A DNA stretch of 63,728 nucleotides, counting the filler, from Thraustochytrium aureum (taxonomy: Eukaryota): assembly GCA_012862495.1 (NCBI GenBank). It is 4 parts of 3 records of this genome, joined end to end, with 100 filler letters (N's around TTAATTAATTAA, not from the genome) between each part and the next. Parts side by side here need not be neighbours in the genome. Positions count along the whole stretch, not along the records: positions 13,488 to 44,600 come from BLSG01000375.1; 3 more parts are not named here. One strand, 5' to 3'. Shown here in pieces: positions 22,588 to 35,013 of this stretch. Position numbers and translations under genes: made by a program. The notes beneath the pieces are model-generated. The model worked only from the letters and a program-made list of their open reading frames with translations. It did not search any database and had not been told where the DNA came from. Each line of letters opens with the position of its first letter. Position 1 is the first letter of the stretch.

Positions 22588-22637
22588 AAAATCACTTGGA
22601 CATGAAAATCACTTGGACATGAAATCACTTGGACATG
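22588..22637. repeat. 17-bp tandem triplication covering the ubiquilin stop codon
   Basis: AAAATCACTTGGACATG x3 (third copy one A shorter). Confidence 0.9.
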
Positions 22638-23848
22638 TCCTCGATCAGTGACTCTACAGCGGCGTCGACTGCGCCGTCGCAGCGCAGCAAGGCCTGGATG
22701 TTGGCCTTCTTGTCGGGAAACCCCATCGACTCGAGCTGGTCGAGCTGCGACTTGTAACGAACCTCTGGCGAGTCGGTTGACGTTGGCGGCGCCCAGGGGT
22801 TGGGGCTACTCAGGGACGGCCCCACAGCGCGAGTGGGACGGCGCGCAACATGCTGCTGCGGCTGCTGCTGCGCTGGCTGGGCGGTGAACGGAAACTGCCC
22901 CATCGACGCAAATGGGCTCGTAGCCGCCCCTGCGCCACCTGGCTGGCCAAACAGCCCACCAAATGGATTGAGGGGCCAGGCGCCTGCCGCACCGCCAAGC
23001 CCTTGCGCCGCGTTGCCTCCATTCGGGCTGGGCTGCGCTTGTGCTTGAGAGGCCCACGGGTTGGGCATCGGCGCCGTCTGCGGGCCGTTCGAGGCTGACT
23101 CCTGCCCCTGCAAAGTCGGAGGCCTCGCGCCAGAGCCAGGCGCCCGCGCTGCCTCCTCAGTGGCGTCCATCATGGGCTCTTGGACATCGTGGTACATACG
23201 GCGCAGAGCGTTGTACCCGCCGGGGAGGCTCTCAATGTTGGCCATCGCCCGGTCTTGCATGCGCATCATCTCTTGCATCATCTGCGGGTTCCGGGCCGCG
23301 TTCAAGCTTTGCCGCAAGAGGTCAGGATCGTTAAGGACGTGGCTAAGCTGCGGGTTGCTTTCCATGAGAGCGCGCATTTGGGGATTGGCCATCATCATGG
23401 ACCTCATCACCTCTGGGTTATCCATCAGAGTTTGCATCATCGGGGAGTTCATCATCGACTGGACAAGCTCTGGATTCTGCTGAAACATATCCATTCCAGG
23501 AATGTTGGGCAGCCCCGAGGTCCCGGGCCCTGGCCCGAGGCCTGGCGGGGTGCCAAAAGGCGTGCTGGTGGGCGCCGGCGCCGCTGCTGGCGCGCCCGGG
23601 GCTTGTCCATGCTGCCTCCCCGTATTCTGCACCAGGTGCAGCGTCTCGTTGTTGAAGACACCAAAGTACTCCAAGGCACCGCTGTCGGAGAGCACGCGGC
23701 CTTTATAAATGAGGCGCTGCTGTGCAGCCGGGACAGCCGACTTGTCCTCGAGCTGTGCTTTGAGCTCGCCGACCGTCAGGTTGTCGTCCACCTCGATCTC
23801 GAACTTTGGCCCCGTCGAGCAGCGCACGTTGAGCTTTATCACTGTCAT
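22625..23848 (-). CDS. DSK2: Ubiquilin / Dsk2 (UBL-STI1-UBA)
   Basis: UBL (QQRLIYKGRVL), STI1 NP repeats, IESLPGGYNALRRMY, UBA (YKSQLDQLESMGF). Confidence 0.95.
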   Translation of the reverse strand: MTVIKLNVRCSTGPKFEIEVDDNLTVGELKAQLEDKSAVPAAQQRLIYKGRVLSDSGALEYFGVFNNETLHLVQNTGRQHGQAPGAPAAAPAPTSTPFGTPPGLGPGPGTSGLPNIPGMDMFQQNPELVQSMMNSPMMQTLMDNPEVMRSMMMANPQMRALMESNPQLSHVLNDPDLLRQSLNAARNPQMMQEMMRMQDRAMANIESLPGGYNALRRMYHDVQEPMMDATEEAARAPGSGARPPTLQGQESASNGPQTAPMPNPWASQAQAQPSPNGGNAAQGLGGAAGAWPLNPFGGLFGQPGGAGAATSPFASMGQFPFTAQPAQQQPQQHVARRPTRAVGPSLSSPNPWAPPTSTDSPEVRYKSQLDQLESMGFPDKKANIQALLRCDGAVDAAVESLIEDMSK

Positions 23849-24199
23849 CTCTGCCAAGTGGTGCAGCAACGCGGCCCAGGGAGCCTCGACGCTGTCCCCG
23901 CTCCACGGTCGCGCCGGGCACAGTGGGGCACTGCTCGGGTGCGCTGCCCGATCCGCCTACTCCGCTCAAGAGGGAGGGCGGCTGACCCGCGCGTCGTGCC
24001 GGCCCGTCGCGAGCGCTCTTCTGTTTGTCTGCGTAGCGCTGCGACGCGAGTCCAACGCGAACCTGCGCAGCGCTTCGCCGAAACACGCTGCCTGTCCCGC
24101 GCTCTTGCTGCCTTTCCGATTGCCCGAGAAACCCCAGAGACAAGCCCCTCCACACCACGCCCCGCTCCGCCAAGCAGCCAGTCCGCGAGAGTGGCCAGA

Positions 24200-24313
24200 T
24201 CGCGAACACAGCGCGCGAACAACACAGCGCGCGAACAACACAGCGCGCGAACAACACAGCGCGCGAACAACACAGCGCGCGATCAACACAGCGCGCGATC
24301 AACACAGCGCGCG
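24200..24313. repeat. 16-bp tandem repeat (AACAACACAGCGCGCG), about 7 copies, ending directly at an ATG
   Basis: Directly visible; lies between two divergent genes. Confidence 0.9.
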
Positions 24314-24919
24314 ATGCCAGCCAAGGTCGCGAACGGGTCCCCGGCCGCGGCGCTCGATGCGCGGCGGGGCAGCCAGAGCCGCGTAGCTCAACTTAAGGCG
24401 CGGCTGCTGGCGGCCAAGCGACTCAAGGAGGCGCGAAGGGGCTTGGCCGCTGCGCAGGCTGACCTGGAGGCCACCTGCGACAGCGACAGTGCGGTCCTCT
24501 TCACTTCAGCAAAGCCCACGCTGCGGTACCGCCCTGCAAAGCACAACGCCAAGTCGCGAGCGCGCCTCGACGAGATCGTGCTCGAGCTGCGAGCCTCTGT
24601 CGAGCAGGCTCATCGCCAGGTGGCCGAGGCCGAGGCGGACGAGGTTGCCGCCTTGCGAGTGCAAGGCGCGGCGCCGAAGACGAGTGGGCAGGACGGCAGC
24701 GAGACGCTCGCATGCGATGGAGCGAACGGACATGCTGTTTCGAGACCTGAGCCGGAAAGCCCCGATACGGCGGCCAGACCAGCTCAGCAGGAGGGGCCGG
24801 CTGGCTGTGCCAGTGGCACGGGCGACGTGGCAGAGCCCAGCGCGGGCACGGAATCGAAAGCCGTGAGCAGTATTCCAACCGGCGATTTTGCGGCAGCCGA
24901 AGGGCCAGGCGGCCTTTGA
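24314..24919 (+). CDS. Hypothetical protein with an N-terminal coiled coil
   Basis: ATG-initiated 201-aa ORF with helical composition; no family recognised. Confidence 0.5.
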   Translation: MPAKVANGSPAAALDARRGSQSRVAQLKARLLAAKRLKEARRGLAAAQADLEATCDSDSAVLFTSAKPTLRYRPAKHNAKSRARLDEIVLELRASVEQAHRQVAEAEADEVAALRVQGAAPKTSGQDGSETLACDGANGHAVSRPEPESPDTAARPAQQEGPAGCASGTGDVAEPSAGTESKAVSSIPTGDFAAAEGPGGL

Positions 24920-24935
24920 TTTTTTGATCTGTTTC

Positions 24936-26150
24936 TTATGTACAGCTCATGCGTTGGAGTTCCGCATCAAGAGCTCGAAGCGCCAGGGCCTTCTCGTCGA
25001 GGCGGGCTTGGAGCGCCTGCCACCCATCGCGAGCTTGCTCTACATGACTGCTGTCGAGCCGGTCCGAATGATCGAGAAGCTCAAGCTGGAGCTCGAGCCG
25101 TTCGTGCATGACCTGCGCCACCTGCTTGAGCACACGCCCCCACGCTGGACGCGAAAGAGCATCCGCTCGGCTGAAGCACAAGCCTCTGCCGCAGACTCTG
25201 CGGCGGCTCGTCGCGCAGAGTGTGCCTCGGTGAGCAGTTTGGCAGTGGCGGCCGACTCGATTTCCGCCTGCCTTGCCGTCGCTCGAGCTCGCGCAACCTC
25301 GCACCGGAGGGCCTCAACGCACCGATGGGCCTCGTCTTGTGCAGGCTGCTTGGGCGGCTCTGTCATCGTCGCTGTGGTTTGGAATTGTGGAAGTGTGCCT
25401 GCTTGCACTCCCACATGAAACGATATTCTCTTGTTGTTGGACTCCACCGCTGCTGCCCCCACATGAGCCACAGATGCAGTTGGCTGGTGGCAAGCCGACC
25501 TCAGCTCACGCAATTCCTGCTTTGCTGCAAGCAGGGCTTGCCTTGCCTCCGCCAGAGCGGCTTGGTGAGCGCTTCGCTCGGCTGCCAGGGCCGCTGCGCG
25601 GCGCTGCGTCTCGGCCGCCAGACACCTCTCGGCGCACTCTCTGTCGCGCGCGGCCTCCGCCTCGGCTGCTTCGCGCTTCTCACGCTCACGCACGAGCATT
25701 TCTTCCAGCGACGCAATCACTTGCGAATCTTGGTCGTCCCTGCCGGCCGCTGCGCGGCGAACGTTGCCAGGGTTTTCTTGGCCTTCGTCGCGCTCGTCAC
25801 CGTGCTTGACAGGCTCGGTCTCGCACTTTGCCACCCTGGCTCGCGCCCGCGCCAGTGCTTTGCTGGGTCTTGCTGTGAATTGGGTTGGGGCTCGAGCAGC
25901 ACGGAGTGCCTCGCGGAACAAGTCTCTCTCTTCGGCGGTCTTTGCTAAGGTCTCTGCCAGCGCGGCTGCCTGTTTGCGCGCAAGCTTTGCCGATTGCAGA
26001 GCGGAGTCTCGAGCGGTGAGGGCGTCTGTGAGTCTTTCGGCGACGCTTTTGAGCGCCTCGGTGTTTGCGACGAGAGCGACTTGGCCGCCCTGGCTCTGGG
26101 GCGGCGTTTCGCTCCTCCGTGCAGCTACTCAGAGGACGCGACCACGGCTC
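24936..26150 (-). CDS. Hypothetical coiled-coil protein with frameshift(s); start uncertain, possibly near 26526
   Basis: The Ala/Glu/Arg heptad frame of ORF 25040..25921 extends upstream and shifts near 25140 into ORF 24936..25304. Confidence 0.45.
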
Positions 26151-27338
26151 TAGAAGCTGGTCTAAAGCGAGTTGGACTACCGCTGCGCCGCCCACGGCTG
26201 CCCCCGGCCTGCGCTTGACTCTGCACTGTGCTGAGAGTTGGAGTGGTGTCCGCGCAGTGCTGCAGTCAATGCGAGGAGGGCTGCAGCAGCATCCCCGATG
26301 CTCGCGCCTCGTCGTGCTTGAGACTGGAACGCGCGCGCTGGATCCCTGCGGAAGCCGAGGGCGGCCGCGTCTTGAAGGCCAGCTCACCGTGCCGCGCCGG
26401 GCTGGCGCCCCGCGAGAGCGGAGTGCGCCGCTCGCTGGACAGGTACGCGCTTGCGGGTCGCTGCAGCGAGCTGCGTCCATAGCCACGGCTCCACGCGGCA
26501 GTTGTTGCAGCTCCAGTGTCCGCCATCGCAGGCGCTCGAGGGCGTCAACGAGTCCACCGGCGCCGCGTGGGCGACGTAAAAGAGCTCTGCTCAATCCTCT
26601 GTCGAACGGATGAATCCTTGTGCGCTCGTTCCCCTGAGACGCAAAGCGTGTGCACGCGTTCCGCATTTGCGCTTGCAGTCATCTGGCGGATTCAAGAGCT
26701 GCCTCGCTCGTTTGGCGTCTCTGCCGGTCATACCAGGCAGGATCGGAATTCTGAATTCTGTTTTGATTGATCGATGGAGGGACGGGCAGCTGAGCTTCGG
26801 CGCCAGTGGGACATCCATCCGACACTGAACCGACGGCTGCGGCACAGAGCACAAGAAGCCTCAGCGTCGGCCCCAGGCAATTCCTCCTACTATCAAGCAA
26901 GGATTCATGTACTCTTTTCTACTCTCCTTCCTTTCCGACGGCGGTCGGATGTTGGCGGTCTCGGCGGAATGATTTCGCACGGGACCGGATTGCGACTGCA
27001 AGATACTCCACACGCCGCTGCCGATGGGACTCGTTCGCTGCATCGAGATTGCTTGGCTCTCGCTGTTCATCGAGCCAAAAGGATCCTGCCGGTGGCTCGA
27101 ATCTTCGGACCAAACCAGGCCGAGTTCCCCTTTGGCACTCGGCCGCAAGAGCAGAGCGATCCACTTGCTCCCTTGAAGGCTTCAGTGCATGCGATCAAGG
27201 AGGACGGGCTGATCGCGCGACGCCTCGCCAACCTCGACAGACGGCGAGCTGATTGCCAGCGCCTCCCTTGGTTGTACCTAGGAGGATCCTCTTGGTTGTA
27301 CCGAGTAATCCTCGCGCCTCTCTGGCTGAGCGTTGGAA

Positions 27339-27421
27339 ATGGCATGGCATGGCAACAGGATGGCAACGGGATGGCAATGGCATGGCAACAGGATGGCAAC
27401 GGGATCGCACTGGCATGGCAT
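27339..27421. repeat. Degenerate tandem repeat built from ATGGC/ATGGCAAC units
   Basis: GGCATGGCAACAGGATGGCAACGGGAT occurs twice, plus ATGGC sub-repeats. Confidence 0.8.
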
Positions 27422-28126
27422 GCCGTGCCAAAAAAGGCAGCAACGGTTTTGGGACGCTTCAACAACGAACTTGTCTAACCAATCGAACCGCCAGTCGGAC
27501 CTCTGGGCGTTTATGTTCGACGCTGGCGGGGCGAGATCGCAAGCTGCGCGCTGGGCTGGACGGGTCCAAAACTGGTCGGTGCTCGCCTCGAGCATTCGAC
27601 TCTCGGAAAGACGGATCAAGGAGTAGGCCTATGCATGCCGAGCGACGATTTCGAGTCGTGACTCGAAGAAGAGCTTCCCGAACAGCATCCCGGCAGTCAT
27701 CCCAGCCAACCCCATTTCACCCTTCGCTCTCAACGAAGTGAGAGCTTGGCGTTTCGGTCTGCTCTGTGTGAAACAACAGAGAACTCTGCTGGTATGATTG
27801 GTCCTCCACAAACGCAGCGGGAAAACGGGCGGCGGCACGTGTTGCAAGCGATCCATTGTTCGGTGCCAAGACGGTTGCAAACCTCGCCGCATCCTGGGCG
27901 TTGCTGGCATTTACACCTTCGAGTCCTGGAAAGGACTCCGACTCTATCACAAATAGCATCCTCAGGCTTGTTGGCACGGCTCGACTCGGAAGCAACGGGT
28001 TGCTGCTCGCTGCGATGAGGCCAACGCGCGGAGCGGCCGAAGCGCGATCGCAAGGCATTCAGACCCGAAACGAAACCAGAAGAGCAAACCCAGACAGCCC
28101 AAACCTGGCCAGCTAGCACGAACACG

Positions 28127-29616
28127 ATGACGCAGTGGAGGACAACGCTGTTTGCGAGGAGCTTGCTGTTTGCGGTCCTCGCCGCGCCCGGCCTCGCCTC
28201 AACCGCAGAGCATGTTGTATTCGTCCACGGCCTCGCGGGCTGGGGGCTTGACGAACTAGCGGGCTTACCGTACTGGTCCGAGGTGGACGAGTTCAGGAGA
28301 GAAGGATTCACGGTGCACGTGGCAAGCGTAGGGCCCGTGTCCTCGAACTGGGACCGCGCTTGCGAGCTCTACGCCCAAATAAAAGGAACCCGCGTCGACT
28401 ACGGCGAGGCCCATTCGTCCAAGAACAGCCATAGCCGCTTCGGGAAAGACTACTCCGGCAAAGGCTTCGTCCCCACCTGGAGTGCCAATAACAGGATTCA
28501 CTTTGTTGGCCATAGCATGGGCGGGCAGACCATCCGCATGCTCGAGGCACTCCTCCAAGAAGGCGACGCGGCCGAGAGGAGCAAAGGCTCGACCCACCCC
28601 CTTTTTGTGAAGAGCGGAAACTGGATCAAGACTATCACCACAATCAGCACGCCCCACGACGGCACACCACTGATTCCCATTCTCGGCGAAGGCTTTGTCG
28701 ACGTGATCAAGGACCTTGTCCTCGCTTTTGCCGGCGTCGCCGAAGCCTCGCTTATCAAGGTGCTCTACGACTTTGACTTGGACCACTTCTCCCTGACACG
28801 CGGCAGCAGCGAGTCTTTCTCAAAGTACTGGAGCCGTGTCTTCAACTCTCCAATTTGGGCGGCCAACTTTAAGGACCTGGCCCCGTACGACCTGTCGCCT
28901 GCTGGCGCTGCCGAACTCCAGAGCCGCGGCAAGCAGACCTACGAGGGGACGTTCTACTTTGGCATCGCGACGGAGCAGACCATGCCGGTTTGGGGCTGCA
29001 AGCCGTTCTCGTTCAACTGCGGGTGGAAACATGTTGCCGAACCTTCGATGTGGCTCCCGCTGCCCCGTTCGCCAACCTAATCGGCGGCCTCGACACCGAC
29101 AGCTCGCAGCGCGAAAACGACGGCCTCGTCCCGCTCGACAGCAGCAAGTGCCCAAAGCTCATGTACGGCGGAACAGGGTGCAGAAAGTTCGACGGGTCCT
29201 GGCGCGAGAACGAGTGGGTTTGGACCGAAGCGGGCCGCGACCACCTTCAAGTTATCGGCTTTACCGTCTTCTTCTCCCCGAAGACCATCTACCGAGATCA
29301 TGCGCGCCGAATCAAGAAGGTCACTGCCAACGGGTTCTTGGCTGCCACCGTGGGCCTTGAGCCCGCGTCTACCGCGACCGCCGCCCAGGAATCGAATGCC
29401 GTGGCGGTGCCGCTGGGCGGGATGATTGCGCTCGTGTCAATTGGCGTCGCCGGGCTTGCTTCTGGCGTTGTCGCGGCGGTCCTAGTCGTGCGCCAGAAAC
29501 GCAATCATCCGGCGAAGCGCTCGCAGGTTGGCCACCCCGGCGCTCGGATTGCCCACGCCGCGGTGGTCCCGCCCTCCTTCGATTTGGAATCGACCATGCC
29601 AGCCGCTTTCAAGTGA
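28127..29616 (+). CDS. Triacylglycerol lipase of bacterial family I.5/I.6 type, with signal peptide and C-terminal TM; frameshift near 29060
   Basis: VFVHGLAGWG, SSNWDRACELYAQIKGTRVDYG, GHSMGG, TISTPHDGT, then ENDGLV and DHL after the shift. Confidence 0.88.
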
Positions 29617-29976
29617 TCTGATTGTCTCCTCCTTCGAGCTGCATAAGTACCTAATGAGTTTTTCGTCCGCCCAGAGTCTCGTGGCAACCGCGGCCCTGCC
29701 CGCGCGATCTATGGAGTCAGTGCGCTGGTCGTGCCTGCCGCAAGAGCGAGAACGCTCCGGGCCTTGTCTAGCGCGTCGCTCGCGTTTGCGTGCGGACCGG
29801 CCGAGGCGTGGCTGGCTCTAGGCTGACGCCGGTGCTCCAGTTCCCTGGCCCGATACCTTCCCATCCCAAGCGGCTTGCAGGCGTTCGGACCCACGCTGCG
29901 ACGAATCGAGAGAGAGAATGTGAGTAGTGTACCTACGCCTGACACCTCGCACCTCGCGGTACCGCGGGCCTGCCCG

Positions 29977-31235
29977 CTACAATTTGCTTTCGTTCAAGTT
30001 TGTCTCGTCCAGCTCGGAATCTGGGCACAGGCGTTTGTGCCGGATCTCGCCGAGTGCGTTGAACGATCCACAAACGACGACGACCTCACCCGGCTTGGAA
30101 GCCCCAAGCGCAGCGTCGAAAGCGGCAACCATGTTGGCAGCTTGGGCGACACGTACAGTTGGTCCCGCAGCCGCTGTCGCGGAGGCGGCAAGCCTCTCGA
30201 CATCGGCGCTTCGACTTGCGTTGCCGCCTGGGGCGACGGTGACGCTGGCGAGCGCAAACGTGGCTTGGCACCGGAAGCAGCCATGCCGAACAGAGCAGCG
30301 AAGCTCGCGTCAATGTCCTTGCTTGCGGCCATCGTCGCCACGACGTGCACGCCTCGCCCCCTCGCGGTGCCAGCAAGCTCTTGTCGCAACCGGGCCATTG
30401 CGTCGGGGTTGTGAGCTGCGTCTAGGATTGCGAGGCGGCCGGCGTCGAGCTCGAAGCGCTCGAATCGGCCCGCAGGCCGCTCCCCATCAAGCTGGTGCAG
30501 TGACGTTTCACGCCCGAGGCAGCTCAGCACAGTCTGTGCGATGAGCGAGTTCTCCGTGTCCACCGAGGCGCCATCGGGGCAAGAGACCTGCGAGAACGAG
30601 GCAACACCCGCTGCGCTGGCAATTTCTTCGAGCAAACCAGCCGGCCGCGCGCGGGGCCCGATAACAGCGTGGCAGCCCGGTTTGAATATCCCGGCCTTTG
30701 CTCTTGCGATTGCCTCCACCGTGTCACCAAGGAACTCTTGGTGGTCAAGCGCCACAGAGGTGATCACGCAAACGGCGGGGTCGACGATCACGTTGGTGCT
30801 GTCCTCCAACCCGCCCAAGCCGGCTTCGAAGATTGCAAAGTCGACGCCGCGCCGCTCAAAGTGCAGCATGGCGAGGAGGGTAAGCTTTTCGAAGTAGGTC
30901 GCCTCGACGCCAGTAGCCTTTTCTGCATGTTCCAAGGCGTCCAGGGCGTCCTCGGCCTCGCGCTCCGAGATGAGCGAGCCGTCCACCTGGACGCGCTCTC
31001 GGTAAGTGCCGACGTGGGGAGAAGTAAACACTCCCACGCTCTTCCCGCCCGTGGCGCGGAGTCCGAGCTGGACCTTGTGGCACACTGACCCCTTGCCGTT
31101 CGTCCCGGCAACGTGGACCAGCTTGCAGCTCGGGCGTGGGCGCAGGAGCCCCAGCGCGCTGCTGAGCGCCGTCATCCGCTCCAGGCCCGGCACGACGCCC
31201 CTGCCACTGGCGTTGGCCTGCGCGAGCCGCCGCAT
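29977..31235 (-). CDS. folC: Folylpolyglutamate / dihydrofolate synthase (FolC type); frameshift near 30280
   Basis: HVAGTNGKGS, FTSPH, EAGLGGLEDSTN, DH..LG, KAGIFK, GRFE, LDAAHN; the shifted frame gives VVVCGSF and a stop at 29977. Confidence 0.9.
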
Positions 31236-31656
31236 CGCAACTAAACCCAGCTAAAACAGAAGGCAGCGAAGAAGCGCCGAGCCTGCCTCGAGCTGCCTGG
31301 CCCGCCAGCCTCGCTCTCCGCGTCGCTGCGGTCCTGGTCGGACGAGCTGCTTGTTGACCGACCTGTGCGAGCCCTCCCTCGCCTGCGCTCTTGCGCCGGC
31401 GCTGCCAACGGCTATCTTCCACTTNNNNNNNNNNNNNNNNNNNNNNNNNNNNNNNNNNNNNNNNNNNNNNNNNNNNNNNNNNNNNNNNNNNNNNNNNNNN
31501 NNNNNNNNNNNNNNNNNNNNNNNNNNNNNNNNNNNNNNNNNNNNNNNNNNNNNNNNNNNNNNNNNNNNNNNNNNNNNNNNNNNNNNNNNNNNNNNACGGC
31601 TATCTTCCACTTGCTCGACGCCTCGCTGTGCCGCCAGTGCTGCCGCCGAAGGGGAA

Positions 31657-33220
31657 TGCGGGACGACGGCGCCGACCTCGCGCTCCTCGTGGACGCGAGC
31701 CGAGCGGGTCTCGCCCGCCGAGCGCCAGTTCAAGTCGGCCAACGGCAGAGTGCCACCCGTCCTCGCACAGCTCGCAGCACCCGGAAAACGGCGCACGGCG
31801 GTCCAGGAAACCGGCCCCTTGTCCGGCCGCGCACCGCACCGACGTCTCGCGCGGAGGACCCAAAGCACGACGTCTTGGTCAGGCAGAAAGGACTCGTTGT
31901 CGCCCGGCTTGGGCAAAAGCTCCTGGCTCTCGACAATGACAGGTACAAGAAGCGGATGGCTGCTCTGCGGCGAGAGCACGAGCAGCGCGCCGCACAGGTC
32001 GACGCCGAGATCAAGCACCGTATACTAGAGCAAAAAAAAAGATCCGCGAGCACGTCCAAGCCCTCAAGCGGCGCAACGAGCTCGAGAGCAAAATCAGCGA
32101 GGCGAAAACTGCAATTGGCCAGGCGACCAGGGACGACGGGCTCGCGAAGGCGCTTTCAGAATCCTCTAGGAAGCGCGACGACCTTTTGAAAAAGGTGGCC
32201 GTGCTTGGCGCCGACATCAAGCTAGCCTTCAAAGAAAAGAGCGCTGTGGACCGCATGCGGCAAGAGAGCGAAAGCCTTAGCAAACAGCTGGCTAACCTGC
32301 GTCGCACGGAGCGGAACGTCCGCGCGGGCATGTTTGCGCGCGAGGAGACGGCACGCCGCTGCCAAAGCACATTGGAAATGCTACGCCAGCGGGTTGGTCA
32401 CAAATCGCTCGAGCTCGCAGAGTACCAGAAAGCGCAAGGGTTGGACGAAGCAGACGACTCGCCCTTCTACCTCAGTTTAGAGCCTGTCGGCTCGAGCGAG
32501 ACCAAAGGAGGACTATTGGCGACAGAAGCGCATCGCCCTGTGCAAGAAAGTGGACCTGAAGCTGAGACTTGCAACTCGACCAGCGTGAAAACGCCTGCAA
32601 AACCTCACCCTGGCATGCCCAAACCCTCTCGACCTGAGCGGCGGGCCGAACGCCTCCCGGGCGAGGGCTTGGACGTCCCGTGGCGTGCAGAAATGGCCGA
32701 CGCAGTCCATCGCGTCATGGATCTCGTCTCAAAGGCGATGGACGCCTACTACTGGGTCAAGGCGAGCGCCAAATGCAGATTCTGCAACCTCGTCCCCGAC
32801 CGTTCGTTTGTGTCGCGGTCCGCCGGGGCTTCTGGGTGCCTCAACTGCCTTCAGGCCAACGTGGACGACCCTCGCGGTTATTTTGAGGACGCGAGCTTTG
32901 CTTCGATAAAGACGCGGCTTGATATGAACGTCCCGTTCGAGTCTTCAGTGGACGCAGTGCTCAACATTTTCCGAGATGATCTCACGTATATCCGCGAAAG
33001 CTCCATCTCGCAGCTCAAGACACGATTCGGAATCTACGCCAGCCTCCTCTACATTCGGCCAGGTGAGACCCTCGAGGCTGGGGCCGTTGCAACCTCAGCA
33101 AAGTCGTACAAGTCGCGCGAGGCCGCGAATCGGATTGCGCGAATTTGGCGTGAAAAGACGCGCCGCCGCCGCGCCAGCGTTGCTTGTTCGGACCTGGCGC
33201 CAAAAGAGCCCGGCTGGTGA
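31657..33220 (+). CDS. Hypothetical coiled-coil protein with CxxC pairs and an IQ-like tail; frameshift in the A9 run at 32032-32040
   Basis: ORF 31365..32189 joins ORF 32186..33220 if the run is A8; CRFC...CLNC; AANRIARIWRE. Confidence 0.55.
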
Positions 33221-33270
33221 AACAAGAGCAGCGTTGGGCGCCAAAAGAGCCCGGCTGGTGAAACAAGAGC
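33196..33270. repeat. About 41-bp tandem repeat covering a stop codon and running into a gap
   Basis: GGCGCCAAAAGAGCCCGGCTGGTGAAACAAGAGC occurs twice. Confidence 0.85.
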
Positions 33271-35013
33271 NNNNNNNNNNNNNNNNNNNNNNNNNNNNNN
33301 NNNNNNNNNNNNNNNNNNNNNNNNNNNNNNNNNNNNNNNNNNNNNNNNNNNNNNNNNNNNNNNNNNNNNNNNNNNNNNNNNNNNNNNNNNNNNNNNNNNN
33401 NNNNNNNNNNNNNNNNNNNNNNNNNNNNNNNNNNNNNNNNNNNNNNNNNNNNNNNNNNNNNNNNNNNNNNNNNNNNNNNNNNNNNNNNNNNNNNNNNNNN
33501 NNNNNNNNNNNNNNNNNNNNNNNNNNNNNNNNNNNNNNNNNNNNNNNNNNNNNNNNNNNNNNNNNNNNNNNNNNNNNNNNNNNNNNNNNNNNNNNNNNNN
33601 NNNNNNNNNNNNNNNNNNNNNNNNNNNNNNNNNNNNNNNNNNNNNNNNNNNNNNNNNNNNNNNNNNNNNNNNNNNNNNNNNNNNNNNNNNNNNNNNNNNN
33701 NNNNNNNNNNNNNNNNNNNNNNNNNNNNNNNNNNNNNNNNNNNNNNNNNNNNNNNNNNNNNNNNNNNNNNNNNNNNNNNNNNNNNNNNNNNNNNNNNNNN
33801 NNNNNNNNNNNNNNNNNNNNNNNNNNNNNNNNNNNNNNNNNNNNNNNNNNNNNNNNNNNNNNNNNNNNNNNNNNNNNNNNNNNNNNNNNNNNNNNNNNNN
33901 NNNNNNNNNNNNNNNNNNNNNNNNNNNNNNNNNNNNNNNNNNNNNNNNNNNNNNNNNNNNNNNNNNNNNNNNNNNNNNNNNNNNNNNNNNNNNNNNNNNN
34001 NNNNNNNNNNNNNNNNNNNNNNNNNNNNNNNNNNNNNNNNNNNNAGCTGGAACTCGCTCGGCGCGCCAACGGAGCCGCACGAGGCCAAGGAGCCCGGCAG
34101 CCCCTGCGACGAAGAGGCTTGCACTGGATGCCACGTGCTGTCCCGCTGACACGTCGTCCAGTCGCGGACGGGGGCAAGCCAAGCCGTGTGCCTTTTCACG
34201 CGGGGTCTTCAGACGGCGAGATAGTTCGATGCGCACACGACTGATTGATTGTGAATTGCCTGCTCGGCCCGCCGAGCTGCGCTCTCCCCCGCCAAAACGC
34301 GGGTACACTCACTACCTATCTATCTCTCAGAGGCCGGAGCGCCTGGCTCGCTGTCAGCGCTGTGTTGTCGTCTGCTGCTGCTGCTCAGGCTTGGTGGTTT
34401 GCTTGGGACCTCAGGTGCCTGCCAGCGGGGCATGCGCCAAGGGCGACTGCAGTCAACATGCGAGTCATTGAGACGACAGACAGAGAGCGAAGGTGAAGGA
34501 CTAATTTAGATGTGAGTGAGGGCGGCGCTCCAGGCACTCAAGGAAAACGAAGTCGCTCGCCGGACGCAGCAGACCACCCTATGGAACGACCTGGTCTTGC
34601 TGTCGCAAAGTTCTTCCGCAAACGTAGGTCTCAGCGATGCGCGTTGATGACGAGCAACGCAAGCTGGCCGGCAGGGAGAGGTACTCGTGTAAGCTCGTGA
34701 CGCATGGCGAAGCTAGAGTAGTTTTCTATTATTGGCGTCTGGCGTCTTGCGCGAATCGATGAATTATTGGCTTGGCTCGCTGTTTCGGCTTGCCTGGCTC
34801 GCTGACGTCCAACGCGGTCTCTATTCGTACCGTGGGCGTCTGTGCGCGCTGCTCGTAGCCAGCTGCGCCCACAGCGGCTGGACAAGTCCAGAAGCGCGGG
34901 CCCGTGTGTTACGAGGCGTCCGTCCACCAGGATTCCTCCTCCCTCTTTCAACACGCCTGCCTACCTACTCTCTGTCCGATGCTTTCGTCGCCAACGCCGC
35001 CAACCAAAAAGCG

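Noticed and set aside
26774..27478. 234-aa ORF with MAWQQDGNG repeats
   Set aside because: The peptide repeat is just the translation of a DNA minisatellite; I found no recognisable domain and the composition is not protein-like
31387..31612. ACGGCTATCTTCCACTT on both sides of a gap, resembling a target-site duplication
   Set aside because: More simply explained by overlapping contig ends or a collapsed repeat; no element sequence is visible
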